Made by a program: the position numbers and the translations under genes | Notes under the pieces: generated by a model | Database searches by the model: none | What the model was told of the DNA's origin: nothing | The model's input: the letters and a program-made list of their open reading frames with translations, nothing else | Assembly: GCA_964472755.1 (NCBI GenBank) | Contig: CAYYMF010000001.1 | Coordinates: 2,381-66,380 of the forward strand | DNA: 64,000 nucleotides | Source: an uncultured Chitinophagales bacterium | GTDB lineage: Bacteria > Bacteroidota > Bacteroidia > Chitinophagales > JADIYW01 | Direction: 5' to 3' | In this document: positions 47,343-56,950 of the stretch, one piece after another | Layout: every line of letters starts with the position of its first letter | How positions within the stretch are numbered: the first letter of the stretch is position 1

Positions 47343-48968
47343 GTGAAGGATTTTATGCAAGAGAAATTTAAAAAAGAACATTTTATAATCAATGATTTTA
47401 TAGCTATTTGCCTATTAATAATAATGGGTATTTTTGTTGTGCATAATTTAGAAAACAATATGGATGTTTTGCTTTGGGATGAAGCAAGATATTTAGATAG
47501 AAGTTTTTGGCTTTGGAAAGCATTGCCAAAAACTTGGGGACCAATCTATTCTGTTTGGTATAAAATCCTGTCTTATATAGAAAGCAATAGGGTCGCTTTG
47601 TATTATCTGAATTACAAAATGCTCTTCATTGCAAGTACTATTTTGGCTTATGGATTTATGCGAGTTTATAAAGCTTCTTTATTTGTAGCTTTATTCTTTA
47701 GTTCTATTTGGATGGTGCATAACTATAATTTGCCAGCATGGCCAAAAATTTCTCATTTTTGTATTTGTATAATTTTAGCTACTGGAATTGTTGCTGCATT
47801 TATAAAAAACACGATTAATAAAACGATTGTTTTTGCAATTGCTTTTTTAGTTTGTGGGTACGCACGGCCAGAATTATACTTGTCATTTATTTTTATTCTT
47901 GTCCTACTTTTTGTATTAATCATTAAAAATATCAGAACCTTTAATAAAAGTAATGTTCTTTATTTTGCTATGCTTATTTTTTTGATGCTGTTAAGTTATA
48001 AAGCCTATCGAACGCCTTTAAATAATGAAGATGCTTCAAGAGGGATAGGTGTTTTTTTGCAGCATTATGCTTACAATTTTTATACTTGGACAAAACAAGA
48101 TGTGATATGGTGGTTTGATGTACAAGAAGCTTTGGATAAAAGTTTTAAAGCACCGTATCAACTTAATGCAATCATATTGAGTGTAGATAGTCCATTTTGG
48201 AAACATATTTTTTATAATACAAAATTATTTTTTAGCCATTTGGTATTTATCATTTCAAACTTAATTTCTCCTTTCTATTATATTGACAAAATTCCATTTT
48301 TTATAGGTACTAGCTTGGTAAGTTTGTATATTTTTTGGCATTTTAAACAAAGTTTGTATTTAATTATTAAAAAGGTTAAAACAAATTGGTTGGTATTTCT
48401 AGTTCTATTTTTAGGAATTATTCCTTCGATAGCATCAAGTATTTATGCTCATCCAAGAACACACTATTTAGTCTTGTTAATGCCTTTGATTTTCCTTTTT
48501 TTAAGTACAGTTTTTAAGGAAAATATATATTCTTCATGGAAGGTAATTGTAGCATTTGCTTTGTTTTTTATTTTTACTTCTCCAAAATCTAAAGATTTCA
48601 AATATTTTGATTTGTTTGGTACAGATAAAAATATGATGAATAAAAAAGCTATTCTTTTTTTAGAAAATAAATATAAAACAGATTCTGTTAATGTTTTTGA
48701 TATTGACGGACAACTGAACACTTTAATGACACAAAATTTTAGATCCTATAATATTGGTGCATTTATTTCAAAACCTGAATATCTTTTATCTCAATTTATC
48801 CAAATAGAACAACCTAATGTAATTTATGTTACACCAACGATGTTTAAATTGAAAAGGTCAGAAAAAGATACTGTTTTTCAACAAATGATTCTTCATCCTG
48901 AAAGTTTTGGATACCAAAAAAATAGCATTCCTGGATTGACAGATACCTATTTTCTAATCAGCAAGTAG
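47343..48968 (+). CDS. Polytopic membrane protein, putative GT-C-like glycosyltransferase, paralog B
   Basis: Same architecture, with LLWDEARYLDRS after TM1. Start is GTG 47343 or ATG 47355. Confidence 0.45.
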   Translation: MKDFMQEKFKKEHFIINDFIAICLLIIMGIFVVHNLENNMDVLLWDEARYLDRSFWLWKALPKTWGPIYSVWYKILSYIESNRVALYYLNYKMLFIASTILAYGFMRVYKASLFVALFFSSIWMVHNYNLPAWPKISHFCICIILATGIVAAFIKNTINKTIVFAIAFLVCGYARPELYLSFIFILVLLFVLIIKNIRTFNKSNVLYFAMLIFLMLLSYKAYRTPLNNEDASRGIGVFLQHYAYNFYTWTKQDVIWWFDVQEALDKSFKAPYQLNAIILSVDSPFWKHIFYNTKLFFSHLVFIISNLISPFYYIDKIPFFIGTSLVSLYIFWHFKQSLYLIIKKVKTNWLVFLVLFLGIIPSIASSIYAHPRTHYLVLLMPLIFLFLSTVFKENIYSSWKVIVAFALFFIFTSPKSKDFKYFDLFGTDKNMMNKKAILFLENKYKTDSVNVFDIDGQLNTLMTQNFRSYNIGAFISKPEYLLSQFIQIEQPNVIYVTPTMFKLKRSEKDTVFQQMILHPESFGYQKNSIPGLTDTYFLISK

Positions 48969-49049
48969 AAGTACATTTATACATAAATGTGTATCTTAGA
49001 AAATTCTGTTAAATACCAATATTCTGAAAATTTCTACAATAAAAACTAC

Positions 49050-49057
49050 TACCTTTG
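49050..49057 (+). promoter_or_regulatory. Candidate internal -7 box TACCTTTG upstream of the Wzy-like gene
   Basis: TAnnTTTG, 28 nt before the TTG at 49086. An in-frame stop at 49080-49082 prevents a longer ORF. Confidence 0.35.
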
Positions 49058-49085
49058 GCATTTAGTCGAATAAATTGCATAACGT

Positions 49086-50417
49086 TTGGGAACAGGAAAA
49101 ACATTTTTAGATACGGTGCTTTATACTCGTGACCAAGAAGGTTATGAGAAAAAAGTAGTTTTTCTTTTTATCTATTCTTTATTTTGTAACAGTAATACTT
49201 TTTCTCAGTTTTCAGCTGTGAGTAGTATTGGAGGAATTTTTGTAGTAATTCTTATTCCTCTAATGTTATTATTGACTGGAGTCTATTGGTATGTAGCTAT
49301 ATTTGTATATAAGCGTTTATCATTGATTGATTTGTTTGTACTTATTTGGTGTTTAACGCCAATTTATAACGCTATTGCCTCACATCTTACCGTTGATGTT
49401 AAAATTTTGAAAGCCTTAATCAATGCAATGCCAAGATACCTAGTTGTATCTGCAAGTCTGATGTATTTTTTAATCAAGAGTGAGAAAATTACAATAAAAC
49501 AATATTGCCTCGCTGGTGTTTTGGTGGGTTGGTTTGATTTGATTTTGTATATTATTTTAAATATTTATTTAGACCCACAGTCTTACAAAGCAGATGAAAG
49601 TTTGGTGGGTTATAATCCATCAAAAGGTGGATATATTTGGCGTTTTGGTAGTGTCTATATCATATTTGCCTTGTCCTATCATTTTGTCGTATTTTTAGTA
49701 AGGAATAAGTTTTTGCATTTAATAGCCACCATGATTTTCTTGGCTTATATGTTTTTTTTGGATAAACAACGTACAGAAATTTTATCTGTTTTAATACCAA
49801 TTATTATTTATATGTTTTTCAAGTTGAGATGGTATGAAGTCATCAACCGAATGACACAGTTGGTTTTGTTTTCAGGTCTTATTCTGGGGATTATTTATTA
49901 TATCAATCCTATGCTGCTACAATTTACAGCAGATATGTTTATTAATTTCTTTAAGTTTATGATGGGTATGGAAACTGGGGAAGCTTCTGCCGATTCTAGA
50001 ATTATACAATTTACCAATGCTTACGATTTCTTTATGCGTCACCCTACTTTTATGTTTTGGGGGATTGGTTATGTGAAGCCTGAAATTCTATATCTTGAAA
50101 TGGGGAAATTCATTTATTCAGATACTGGAATTGTTGGTATTTTAGTGGCACACGGCATTATCGGAACGATTTTACAAACCTCTATGTTTTTATATCCAAT
50201 TTATGTTTTTTTTAAAGTGAAGCATTATCGAAATGATATTTATTATAATATGGGCATGTTGGGTTGTGTAGTTGGCTTTACCAGTGGTATGTTTAGTGGA
50301 GGTTATGCCTTAAATGCATTTGGTATTTTCTATTTCTTTGCTTTTGTGGAATATTTTAGAGTAAAAGAAAAGATTTATTGGAAACATAAACGCTTGGAAC
50401 GTGAAAAAGCTAATTAA
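49086..50417 (+). CDS. O-antigen ligase / polymerase (Wzy_C) family membrane protein
   Basis: About 11 TM segments. ..DKQRTEILSVLIPIIIYMF.. and the periplasmic loop ..SADSRIIQFTNAYDFFMRHPTFMFWGIGYV.. follow the R...W....P.fG.G.G pattern of this family. Non-ATG start, uncertain. Confidence 0.6.
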   Translation: MGTGKTFLDTVLYTRDQEGYEKKVVFLFIYSLFCNSNTFSQFSAVSSIGGIFVVILIPLMLLLTGVYWYVAIFVYKRLSLIDLFVLIWCLTPIYNAIASHLTVDVKILKALINAMPRYLVVSASLMYFLIKSEKITIKQYCLAGVLVGWFDLILYIILNIYLDPQSYKADESLVGYNPSKGGYIWRFGSVYIIFALSYHFVVFLVRNKFLHLIATMIFLAYMFFLDKQRTEILSVLIPIIIYMFFKLRWYEVINRMTQLVLFSGLILGIIYYINPMLLQFTADMFINFFKFMMGMETGEASADSRIIQFTNAYDFFMRHPTFMFWGIGYVKPEILYLEMGKFIYSDTGIVGILVAHGIIGTILQTSMFLYPIYVFFKVKHYRNDIYYNMGMLGCVVGFTSGMFSGGYALNAFGIFYFFAFVEYFRVKEKIYWKHKRLEREKAN

Positions 50418-51909
50418 ATATTTTTTCATAATATTGGTCATTTTTGCGATTCTTAAAAATTGTACATCACCAAAAAAGGAAAAAAAGCAAATTGAAGAAG
50501 TTGTAACCAATTTTTCTTCTATTGAAATTAATTTAAAATTGGATTATTCAAAAGAGCAGCAATTACATGTGGATAATTTATTTGGCTTAAATACCGGTTT
50601 TATTTGGACAAAAGAAATTGATAAATCAAATGCTTTTGTTGAATTATTAAAAGAAAGTGGCAATGTTGTTTTGAGATTTCCAGGTGGAGGCGTTGCCAAT
50701 AATTATTATCCTGATGAAGTTGGCTATGGTTATAATCCAAAGAAACGACCTGTTGGTTTTAAAAGCATCATGCTCTATAATCAAACAAAAGATAGAAAAT
50801 ATAATATCATTGAGAATTTTGTCAGTTTATGTAAACAAACTAATGCTAAAGTAATTTATTGTGTTAATGTTTTAGATGGCAATGTTGAAAAAATGCAAAT
50901 CGTTATTGACCGATTGAAAAAGGAAAATATTGAGCTAATCGGTGTAGAATTAGGCAATGAACTAAATATGGGTAATTATCGTCATGTTTTTCCAAATGGA
51001 CAAGTATATTTAGATACTATTCAAAAATACATTCAAGCAATAAGAAAAAACTATCCTGATTTGAAAATTGGATTGGTTGCTGAAACGTTAGATGTCAATA
51101 ATTTAAAGGACAAGAGAAGTCAATTTATGCATGAATGGAATAAAAAATTTTCTACCACAGACTTTGATGCCTATATCGTTCATTCTTATTTTCCAATTGA
51201 TGATAAACAAAAGAATTTCGATGAAATTTTCCTAAAATCTGTTGATATTAGTAATCCATATTACACAAACTATACAACAAATTTATTGGAATATTTTAAC
51301 ACCATCGATAAAGAGCAAAAGAAAAAAATTTGGATTACAGAATGGGGTATTTTTAATTTGTATGGAGGTAATACATTTTTGCAAGCTGCATCTACGGGAC
51401 AGTTTCTAAATAATGTAATACAATATGATTCTTTAAATCGTATTGATATTGCATGTTTACACGATATTGGAGCAATGATTGGGCAATCTAATCCTAAACT
51501 TCAATATACTTATAAAAATGAAAAATATGCGGTTGGTGCGATATACTTTCCTTATAAGTTTTTATCAGATATTATTGTAAAAAATAAATCCAAAATAGTA
51601 GCACATCAAATAGATAAAAAAGTTCCCTCTAATTTTGTAATACAAACATTTTATAGTACAGAAAATAAAAAAACATACATTTATTTTATTAATTCAGCTC
51701 CAACAACTGTTCATTTAGCTATTCCAACTTCCAAATTAGAAAAGCAAATTGAATTTATTGTAGCAGACAAGTTGTATGCTCATACTGGATTTGCAGCATT
51801 TTTGAAAGATTATCCTTCAAAAAACTCCTTAATTCAATACAAAAAGGAAAATAGCGTTACTAATCAAATTAAAATTGCTCCTTATTCGCTTGGTGTTATC
51901 AGTTTTTAG
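50401..51909 (+). CDS. Lipoprotein with clan GH-A (beta/alpha)8 glycoside hydrolase signatures
   Basis: GTG start. Signal plus Cys (..AILKNC). GVELGNELN is a candidate acid/base site and KIWITEWG a candidate nucleophile. It overlaps the previous gene by 17 nt. Confidence 0.6.
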   Translation: MKKLIKYFFIILVIFAILKNCTSPKKEKKQIEEVVTNFSSIEINLKLDYSKEQQLHVDNLFGLNTGFIWTKEIDKSNAFVELLKESGNVVLRFPGGGVANNYYPDEVGYGYNPKKRPVGFKSIMLYNQTKDRKYNIIENFVSLCKQTNAKVIYCVNVLDGNVEKMQIVIDRLKKENIELIGVELGNELNMGNYRHVFPNGQVYLDTIQKYIQAIRKNYPDLKIGLVAETLDVNNLKDKRSQFMHEWNKKFSTTDFDAYIVHSYFPIDDKQKNFDEIFLKSVDISNPYYTNYTTNLLEYFNTIDKEQKKKIWITEWGIFNLYGGNTFLQAASTGQFLNNVIQYDSLNRIDIACLHDIGAMIGQSNPKLQYTYKNEKYAVGAIYFPYKFLSDIIVKNKSKIVAHQIDKKVPSNFVIQTFYSTENKKTYIYFINSAPTTVHLAIPTSKLEKQIEFIVADKLYAHTGFAAFLKDYPSKNSLIQYKKENSVTNQIKIAPYSLGVISF

Positions 51910-51916
51910 AAATGAA

Positions 51917-52939
51917 TTATAACTTCAATTCTTTCATTTTGTTTTCCCATTTCCAAGCAGAAAGCATTGCATCTTCAATATTATATCGACAATGCCATTT
52001 TAAAGCCTTAGATGCTTTTTCATTGTTGGCATAAATTTTTTCTACGTCGCCAGCACGTCTTGCTCCAACTTTATAATTTAATTTTTGACCTGTTGTTTTT
52101 TCAAATGCATGAATGGCTTCCAAAACAGAAACACCATTGCCTGTACCTAAATTAAAAACCTCACAATTAGAATGGTTTTGATTTTCGATTAGGTATTTTA
52201 ACGCAAGTGTATGTGCATGAGCAATATCACAAACATGAATATAATCACGCACACAAGAACCATCAGGCGTATCATAATCACCGCCAAAAACAGTCAATTG
52301 CTCTAGTTTTCCAATAGCTGTTTGAGTAATATACGGCACTAAATTATCGGGTCTATTCAATAACATTTCTCCTAAAATTCCACTTGGATGAGCTCCTACA
52401 GGATTGAAATATCTTAATAATATAGATTTTGTAGTATTGACTTTAGAATAGTGTTGTATGATTTGTTCGCCGATTTGTTTGGTGTGTGCATACGCTGATT
52501 CCGCTTCTTGAAAAGGCGTTTCTTCCGTTACTGGCAAAGCTTTGGCGTTGCCATAAACAGAGCAAGAAGATGAAAATACAAAATTTGGAATGCCAAATTT
52601 TTGAATGCCTTCCAAAATATTATTTAATGAAATTAAGTTGTTGTTGTAATATAATATCGGATTGGCAACCGATTCTGGTACTGTTTTAAATGCTGCAAAA
52701 TGTATAATTCCAACGGCATCTTTATATTGTTCTAAAACATCAAATGTTTCTTGTTTATTACATAAATCAATTTGATAAAATTTGAATTTTTTTTCAGTGA
52801 TTTGTTCAATTGCTCCAATTGGATATTTTGTTGAGCGTGCTAAATTATCAATACATACGACTTCAAAGCCATTTTCTAATAAATCTACAATGGTGTGCGA
52901 ACCAATATAGCCTGTTCCTCCAGTTACTATTACTTTCAT
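51917..52939 (-). CDS. galE: UDP-glucose 4-epimerase
   Basis: VTGGTGYIGSH, catalytic YAHTK, 340 aa. Confidence 0.92.
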   Translation of the reverse strand: MKVIVTGGTGYIGSHTIVDLLENGFEVVCIDNLARSTKYPIGAIEQITEKKFKFYQIDLCNKQETFDVLEQYKDAVGIIHFAAFKTVPESVANPILYYNNNLISLNNILEGIQKFGIPNFVFSSSCSVYGNAKALPVTEETPFQEAESAYAHTKQIGEQIIQHYSKVNTTKSILLRYFNPVGAHPSGILGEMLLNRPDNLVPYITQTAIGKLEQLTVFGGDYDTPDGSCVRDYIHVCDIAHAHTLALKYLIENQNHSNCEVFNLGTGNGVSVLEAIHAFEKTTGQKLNYKVGARRAGDVEKIYANNEKASKALKWHCRYNIEDAMLSAWKWENKMKELKL

Positions 52940-52943
52940 TTTG

Positions 52944-53804
52944 TTACTTTACTAATTCTATTAAATATTGTCCATAACCACTTTTTAATAATGGTTGTGC
53001 TATTTCTTTTAATTGGTCTGACGTGATAAATCCTTTTTTATAAACTATTTCTTCTATGCAACCAACTTTTAAGCCTTGTCTTTCTTCGATTACTTGTACA
53101 AATTGAGAAGCTTGCATCAAAGAATTAAATGTGCCTGTATCTAACCAAGCGGTGCCTCTATCTAAAATGCCCACTTTTAATTTGCCTCTTTTTAGATATT
53201 CTTTATTGACATCTGTAATTTCATATTCACCTCGAGGAGATGGCTCTAAATTCTCCGCAATTCCAACGACATCATTATCATAGAAATACAAACCAGGAAC
53301 GGCATAGTTCGATTTAGGATTTGTTGGTTTTTCTTCGATAGACACGGCATTTAATTGTTCATCAAATTCAACAACACCATACCTTTCAGGGTCTGAAACG
53401 TGATAGGCATAAATTACACCGCCATCAGGATTGTTGTTTTTTATCAATAAATCTTCTAATCCTGAGCCATAAAAAATATTATCGCCTAAAATCAACGCAA
53501 CTTTATCATCGCCGATAAACGATTTGCCAATCACAAAAGCCTGTGCCAATCCATTGGGAACTTCCTGAATGGCATATTGAAAATTACAGCCATATTTTTT
53601 TCCATCTCCCAATAATCTTTCAAAATGAGGTAAGTCGTGTGGTGTAGAAATAATCAATATTTCATTAATTCCAGCTTGCATCAAAACAGATAAAGGATAA
53701 TAAATCATAGGCTTATCATAAATTGGCATAATTTGTTTGCTAATAGCCATTGTAATTGGATAAAGTCGAGTTCCAGAGCCTCCTGCCAAGATTATTCCTT
53801 TCAT
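52944..53804 (-). CDS. rfbA: Glucose-1-phosphate thymidylyltransferase
   Basis: [11 protein letters not shown]; ...LGDNIFYG...; ...[17 protein letters not shown]. Confidence 0.95.
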   Translation of the reverse strand: MKGIILAGGSGTRLYPITMAISKQIMPIYDKPMIYYPLSVLMQAGINEILIISTPHDLPHFERLLGDGKKYGCNFQYAIQEVPNGLAQAFVIGKSFIGDDKVALILGDNIFYGSGLEDLLIKNNNPDGGVIYAYHVSDPERYGVVEFDEQLNAVSIEEKPTNPKSNYAVPGLYFYDNDVVGIAENLEPSPRGEYEITDVNKEYLKRGKLKVGILDRGTAWLDTGTFNSLMQASQFVQVIEERQGLKVGCIEEIVYKKGFITSDQLKEIAQPLLKSGYGQYLIELVK

Positions 53805-53883
53805 TTTAATTAATTTTTGATTTTTATTAAAAAATGTTCGCTAATATAAACAAAATAACAGATAAATTTTTTATGTTTGTAGA

Positions 53884-53911
53884 ATAAAGTTTTGGTAATA
53901 TAAAACTTTAT
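53884..53911. promoter_or_regulatory. Perfect 10-bp inverted repeat abutting the putative two-component-system promoter
   Basis: ataaagtttt (53884-53893), 8-nt spacer, aaaactttat (53902-53911). It ends 2 nt before the -7 box. Confidence 0.4.
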
Positions 53912-53913
53912 GT

Positions 53914-53921
53914 TAAATTTG
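53914..53921 (+). promoter_or_regulatory. -7 box TAAATTTG upstream of the response regulator
   Basis: TAnnTTTG, 18 nt from the ATG at 53940. Confidence 0.45.
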
Positions 53922-53939
53922 CATTAAATTAGACTATAT

Positions 53940-54632
53940 ATGAGTACAGGCGAAAAAGTTTTTAAGGTTTTAGTTGTAGATGACGAACAAGATATTTTAG
54001 AATTCTTAAGTTATAATTTAGAGAAAGATGGCTTTCTTGTTTCAACTGCCGAGAATGGGAAAGTGGCTTTAGAAAAAGCAAAAAAGGAAGAGCCAGATAT
54101 TATCTTATTAGACGTGATGATGCCTGAAATGGATGGAATTGAAGCTTGTAGAACGCTTAGAGAAATGCCGCAATTTGAAAATACAATTATTGCATTTTTA
54201 ACTGCAAGAACAGAAGATTATTCTCAAATTGCTGGGTTTGAAACTGGTGCAGATGATTATATCAGCAAACCAATAAAGCCAAGAGTATTAATCAGCAGAT
54301 TAAGAGCTTTATTGAGACGTTACGAAACCAAAGAAACTAAAGCTTCTTTCTTAGAAGTGGGTGATATTAAAATTGATAGAGAACGTTATTTAATTACGTT
54401 CAAAGGAACAGAAATGGCAGTGCCTAGAAAAGAATTTGAATTGTTGTATTTATTAGCTTCAAAACCAGGTAAAGTATTTAAACGCGATGAAATCTTAAAT
54501 GAGATATGGGGTCGTGATATCATTGTTGGTGATAGAACCATCGACGTACACATCAGAAAACTTAGAGAGAAATTGGGTGAGGATTTAATTAAAACAGTAA
54601 AAGGAATAGGATACAAATTTGATGAAATATGA
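53940..54632 (+). CDS. OmpR/PhoB-family response regulator
   Basis: Receiver domain (..ILLDVMMPEMDG..) plus a winged-helix output domain (..TIDVHIRKLREKL...VKGIGYKF). Confidence 0.93.
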   Translation: MSTGEKVFKVLVVDDEQDILEFLSYNLEKDGFLVSTAENGKVALEKAKKEEPDIILLDVMMPEMDGIEACRTLREMPQFENTIIAFLTARTEDYSQIAGFETGADDYISKPIKPRVLISRLRALLRRYETKETKASFLEVGDIKIDRERYLITFKGTEMAVPRKEFELLYLLASKPGKVFKRDEILNEIWGRDIIVGDRTIDVHIRKLREKLGEDLIKTVKGIGYKFDEI

Positions 54633-55672
54633 GAGGAAATCCTTCTCTAAATACAATATCATTTTATACAAGTATAGCAGTAGCATTTTTTTCTACTGCT
54701 TTTTTTTTCGTGCTTAATGAACTATTTGAACATCAAATAAATTTACTGGCTCATTCTATTTTCTTTTTAGCCATATTTTTTTGTTCTTTTATTTTGTTTA
54801 GATACGTATTAAAGCAATTGATTTATGATAAAATCAAGATTATATACAAAACCATAGGAAAGCCTTTGAAATTTCAGCAAGAAGTGAAGCAGTCAAAAGG
54901 AAACATTATGATGATGGTAGAGCGTGATGTTGCAGAATGGGCTATCAATAAAAATAAACAAATTCGAGAATTAAGAAAATTAGAGCAGTATAGAAAAGAG
55001 TTTGTGGGCAATGTTTCACATGAATTGAAAACGCCAATTTTTAATGCACAAGGGTATATTGAAACTTTATTAGATTCTAATTTAGAGGATAAGGATTTTT
55101 TGAAATCCTATTTAGGAAAAGCAGCTTCTAATATCGACAGATTGGAAGTTATCGTAAGTGATTTATTAGAAATTTCTAAGTTTGAAACCGGTCGAATTCA
55201 ATTAGAAAAAGAGGCGTTTGATATTGTCAAATTAATTAAAAAGGTAATTTCTCATTATCAATTTTTAGCAGAAGATTGTAAGGTAAAATTAAAAGTATTT
55301 AATCTGGAAAATGAGTTTTTTGTATTTGCTGATGAAAAAAGAATCATGCAGGTCTTGGAAAATATCATTTCTAATTCCATCAAGTATAATAATGAAAATG
55401 GCAAAGTAGAGGTTCGAATTTATGATTTAGATGAACAATATATGATAGAAATAAGTGATAATGGACCTGGAATTGCAGAAGAGCATTTACCTAGATTATT
55501 TGAGCGTTTCTATCGTGCGGACAAAAGTAGAGCAAGAAACGTTGGCGGCACTGGTCTTGGACTTTCTATCGTAAAAAATATTATTGAAGCACACGAGGAA
55601 ACTATCAATGTGAGTAGCACTTTGAATGAAGGCACTACGTTTAGTTTTACTTTACATAAATACAGAGAATGA
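54629..55672 (+). CDS. Sensor histidine kinase
   Basis: Two TM segments, H-box SHELKTPI, N-box, and G2 box GGTGLGLSIV. 4-nt overlap with the regulator gene. Confidence 0.92.
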   Translation: MRGNPSLNTISFYTSIAVAFFSTAFFFVLNELFEHQINLLAHSIFFLAIFFCSFILFRYVLKQLIYDKIKIIYKTIGKPLKFQQEVKQSKGNIMMMVERDVAEWAINKNKQIRELRKLEQYRKEFVGNVSHELKTPIFNAQGYIETLLDSNLEDKDFLKSYLGKAASNIDRLEVIVSDLLEISKFETGRIQLEKEAFDIVKLIKKVISHYQFLAEDCKVKLKVFNLENEFFVFADEKRIMQVLENIISNSIKYNNENGKVEVRIYDLDEQYMIEISDNGPGIAEEHLPRLFERFYRADKSRARNVGGTGLGLSIVKNIIEAHEETINVSSTLNEGTTFSFTLHKYRE

Positions 55673-56857
55673 TTATAAAGTATCTAAAGCTGCCAAAAGA
55701 ATAGAACAACTAGCTTTTATTTCATCTTCAGTGATAATTAATGGCGGAGCAATTCGCAAACAATTATTGGCAAATAAAAACCAATCAGTAACCAATCCAT
55801 TTTTTAAGCAATATTGAATGACTTGGTGTATTTGTTCAAAACTATCCAAATAAACAGCCATCAACAAGCCGAAATTATTAATTTTTTTAATCTTTGGATG
55901 CTTTAATAATTTTAAGAACAAGGCTGCTTTTGTTGGTACTTCAGTATAAAATGCTTGATGATGAATGGTTTGAATACTTGCTAACGCAGCGGCACAGCAA
56001 ACCGCATTTCCTCCAAATGTAGTAATATGACCTAAAACTGGATTGTGTGTTAGGCTTTGCATAATTCTTTTGTCAGAAATAAAGCAGCCAATTGGCATAC
56101 CACCGCCAAGTCCTTTGGCTAATAAAATAATATCAGGTATGATTCCGAAATATTCAAACGCAAATAGTTTTCCAGTTCGTCCACAACCAGTTTGGATTTC
56201 ATCAAACACTAATAAAGTGCCTGTTTCATCACATTTTTTTCTTACAGCTTTCAAAAATTCAATTGTTGGAACAATCACTCCAGCTTCCGCTTGTACACTT
56301 TCTAAAAATATTGCTGCTGTACGTTCTGTAATTAACTCAATATCCTCTAAATTATTATATCTAATTTGTCGAGTATTTGGTAGTAGTGGACGGAATGCCG
56401 ATTTAAAAAATTCATCTCCTAGTAAACTCAATGCTCCTTGTGTACTTCCGTGGTAGGCGTGAATACATGAAATAATTTCTGATTTTCCAGTATATCTTTT
56501 TGCTAATTTCATAGCTCCTTCAGTAGCTTCTGCACCACTATTGGTAAAATAAACGCTATTTAAGTTTTCTGGTAATAAATCTGATAGGTATTTTGCTAAT
56601 TGAACTTGTGGTGATTGTATAAATTCGCCATACACCAAAGTGTGCATATAAGTTTGAGCTTGTTGTTGTATAGCTTTGACGACATTTGGGTGACAATGAC
56701 CAATATTACTTACAGAAATTCCAGCTATTAAATCAATATATTTTTTACCTGAAGTATCATACAAATAAATACCTTCCGCTTTTTCTATTTCCAAAGCAAG
56801 TGGCTCAGGTGATGTTTGTGCAACATGTTGTAAAAATATTTGTCGTTGTGATAGCAT
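55673..56857 (-). CDS. Class-III (acetylornithine/ornithine-type) aminotransferase family protein
   Basis: ..FTNSGAEATEGA.., ..FDEIQTGCGRTGKLFA.., and a PLP-lysine region. Confidence 0.88.
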   Translation of the reverse strand: MLSQRQIFLQHVAQTSPEPLALEIEKAEGIYLYDTSGKKYIDLIAGISVSNIGHCHPNVVKAIQQQAQTYMHTLVYGEFIQSPQVQLAKYLSDLLPENLNSVYFTNSGAEATEGAMKLAKRYTGKSEIISCIHAYHGSTQGALSLLGDEFFKSAFRPLLPNTRQIRYNNLEDIELITERTAAIFLESVQAEAGVIVPTIEFLKAVRKKCDETGTLLVFDEIQTGCGRTGKLFAFEYFGIIPDIILLAKGLGGGMPIGCFISDKRIMQSLTHNPVLGHITTFGGNAVCCAAALASIQTIHHQAFYTEVPTKAALFLKLLKHPKIKKINNFGLLMAVYLDSFEQIHQVIQYCLKNGLVTDWFLFANNCLRIAPPLIITEDEIKASCSILLAALDTL

Positions 56858-56887
56858 TTTGATTAGCTTTTATTAAATGCATAAAAT

Positions 56888-56926
56888 AAAAAAACCATAC
56901 ATTTATATTTTACTACAAATGTATGG
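56888..56926 (-). terminator. Rho-independent terminator downstream of the cyclophilin gene
   Basis: 10-bp stem ccatacattt (56895-56904) / aaatgtatgg (56917-56926). A T-run follows on the minus strand. Confidence 0.75.
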
Positions 56927-56950
56927 AGTTTATAGTTTATAAAGTGTTAA

